A DNA stretch of 64,000 bases from Syntrophales bacterium (GTDB lineage Bacteria; Desulfobacterota; Syntrophia; Syntrophales; UBA2210). The notes below the pieces were generated by a model. That model was not told the origin of the DNA and did no database searches. It saw only the letters and a program-made list of their open reading frames with translations. A program made the position numbers and the translations under genes. Below are positions 62,860 to 64,000 of this stretch, in pieces. Position 1 is the first letter of the stretch; each line of letters begins with the position of its first letter. The stretch is taken from contig CAXXKT010000001.1 of NCBI GenBank assembly GCA_963662405.2, forward strand, positions 2,016,001-2,080,000, in the 5' to 3' direction.

Positions 62860-63672
62860 ATGAAGATCGGTTTTGTACAATTTAAGCCGCGGTTCGGCGA
62901 TATCGACGGCAACCTGGAACAGGCCGCGGGCCTGGTCAGGGGAACAGACGCGGATCTGCTGGTCCTCCCGGAGCTCTTCAACACCGGGTACGTCTTTACA
63001 TCAAAGGAAGAAGCGATAGCTCTTGGTGAGGAGGTGCCGGATGGGAAGACGACGCGGGCCCTGTGTGAGCTGGCGGAGGAAACGGGCACCTGTATCGTCG
63101 GCGGTCTCGCCGAGCGAGACGGCGAGCGGGTCTTTAATGGAGCCGTCATGGTATCGCCTGACGGGTATGTCGGCAGGTACCGCAAGACGCACCTCTTCTT
63201 CGAAGAGACGCTGTGGTTCGACCCCGGGGACGAGGAATTCACCGTTTACGATATCGGTATCTGCCGAGTGGGGATCATGATCTGCTTCGACTGGTTTTTC
63301 CCTGAGTCCATGCGGATCCTTGCCCTCAAGGGGGCAGATCTCGTCTGCCACCCCTCGAATCTGGTGCTGCCCTTCTGCCAGGAATCGATGAAGACCCGGT
63401 GCCGGGAAAACCATGTCTTCGCCGTGACGGCAAACCGCACGGGAACCGAGACACGAGGCGATCGCTCACTCTACTTTACCGGGATGAGTCAGATCACCGG
63501 GGCCGACGGGACCATCCTCTCCAGCGCCGGCGAGGATTCACAAGAGGTCAAGATCGTGGAGATCGACCCGACGGAGGCACGGAACAAAAACGTCAACGAC
63601 TACAACAACATCTTTACGGACAGGAGACCGGACTTCTACGGCGATATCGTCGGGAAGAAGGCGGAGGAGTAG
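62860..63672 (+). CDS. Nitrilase-superfamily carbon-nitrogen hydrolase
   Basis: E-K-C triad in LPELF, YRKTHL, ICFDW. Confidence 0.9.
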   Translation: MKIGFVQFKPRFGDIDGNLEQAAGLVRGTDADLLVLPELFNTGYVFTSKEEAIALGEEVPDGKTTRALCELAEETGTCIVGGLAERDGERVFNGAVMVSPDGYVGRYRKTHLFFEETLWFDPGDEEFTVYDIGICRVGIMICFDWFFPESMRILALKGADLVCHPSNLVLPFCQESMKTRCRENHVFAVTANRTGTETRGDRSLYFTGMSQITGADGTILSSAGEDSQEVKIVEIDPTEARNKNVNDYNNIFTDRRPDFYGDIVGKKAEE

Positions 63673-63720
63673 AAGACGGCATTCCTGAATATCGAAATTC
63701 ATATTCCAAGGAGGCATGCT

Positions 63721-64000
63721 ATGTTCGATAGAAAGAAATGCGCTTTGTTCGTACTGGTCGTGATCTTCTGCTTGGGTTTGCTGGCCACCCCGGCTTCTGC
63801 GACCCAAAACTTCACCCTGATCAACCACAGCCCGTGCATTATCTGGATCCAGATACGATCCGACCAGGGGGGGGCGTCATTGCAAAAGCACTGGTCCCCA
63901 ATGAGATGTTCACCAGAGAGAATCGTGGGGGCAACGGCATCAGCAGAATACAGGCCGGTCCCACCTGTGCCGTGGATGATTGCTGCTACATCAAAAAAAT
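63721..64000 (+). CDS. Secreted hypothetical protein, 3'-truncated by the window edge
   Basis: AAGGAGG RBS; MFDRKKCALFVLVVIFCLGLLATPASA signal peptide; frame open to the window end. Confidence 0.6.
   Translation, partial: MFDRKKCALFVLVVIFCLGLLATPASATQNFTLINHSPCIIWIQIRSDQGGASLQKHWSPMRCSPERIVGATASAEYRPVPPVPWMIAATSKK

Overview
Bacterial chromosomal window. The gene content (IOR, TRAP transporters, AbfD-like dehydratase, CoA-transferases, FadN/thiolase) suggests an anaerobic Desulfobacterota/Syntrophales-like organism; this is inference only. The GC-rich backbone carries iorAB and a TRAP transporter, a THUMP methyltransferase, pstSCAB-phoU-phoR-phoB with a tandem Pho box, dapL, TetR plus an abfD-like gene, a papain-family protease, tRNA-Glu(TTC), TetR-fadN-thiolase, an ALDH/Fe-ADH fusion and a nitrilase-family gene. 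There are two accessory tracts. The first (~4.0-8.1 kb) has AT-rich hypothetical genes, an intact IS4, a decayed copy of the dctM 3' end and an acyl-CoA ligase relic. The second (~26.9-55 kb) starts with a nest of mobile elements whose boundaries can be read exactly: an internally deleted ISNCY/IS1202-like element abuts an IS4 relic, which holds a group II intron, which holds a cargo-carrying IS1595, which holds an IS3. It continues with a PAS-LuxR regulator and two paralogous CoA-transferase-III-pair plus TRAP modules that share an upstream motif; an IS256 and an intact class C group II intron lie between them. Two observations stand out. (i) The IIC intron sits exactly after the hairpin+TTCAC right end of a ~110-bp IS200/IS605-like mini-element, and its likely EBS1 (GUGA) matches TCAC. 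(ii) The IS1595 cargo hides a ~217-nt unit bounded by perfect 15-bp inverted repeats that encodes an unannotated 36-aa basic peptide, with candidate convergent promoters. No CRISPR array, rRNA or integrase was found.
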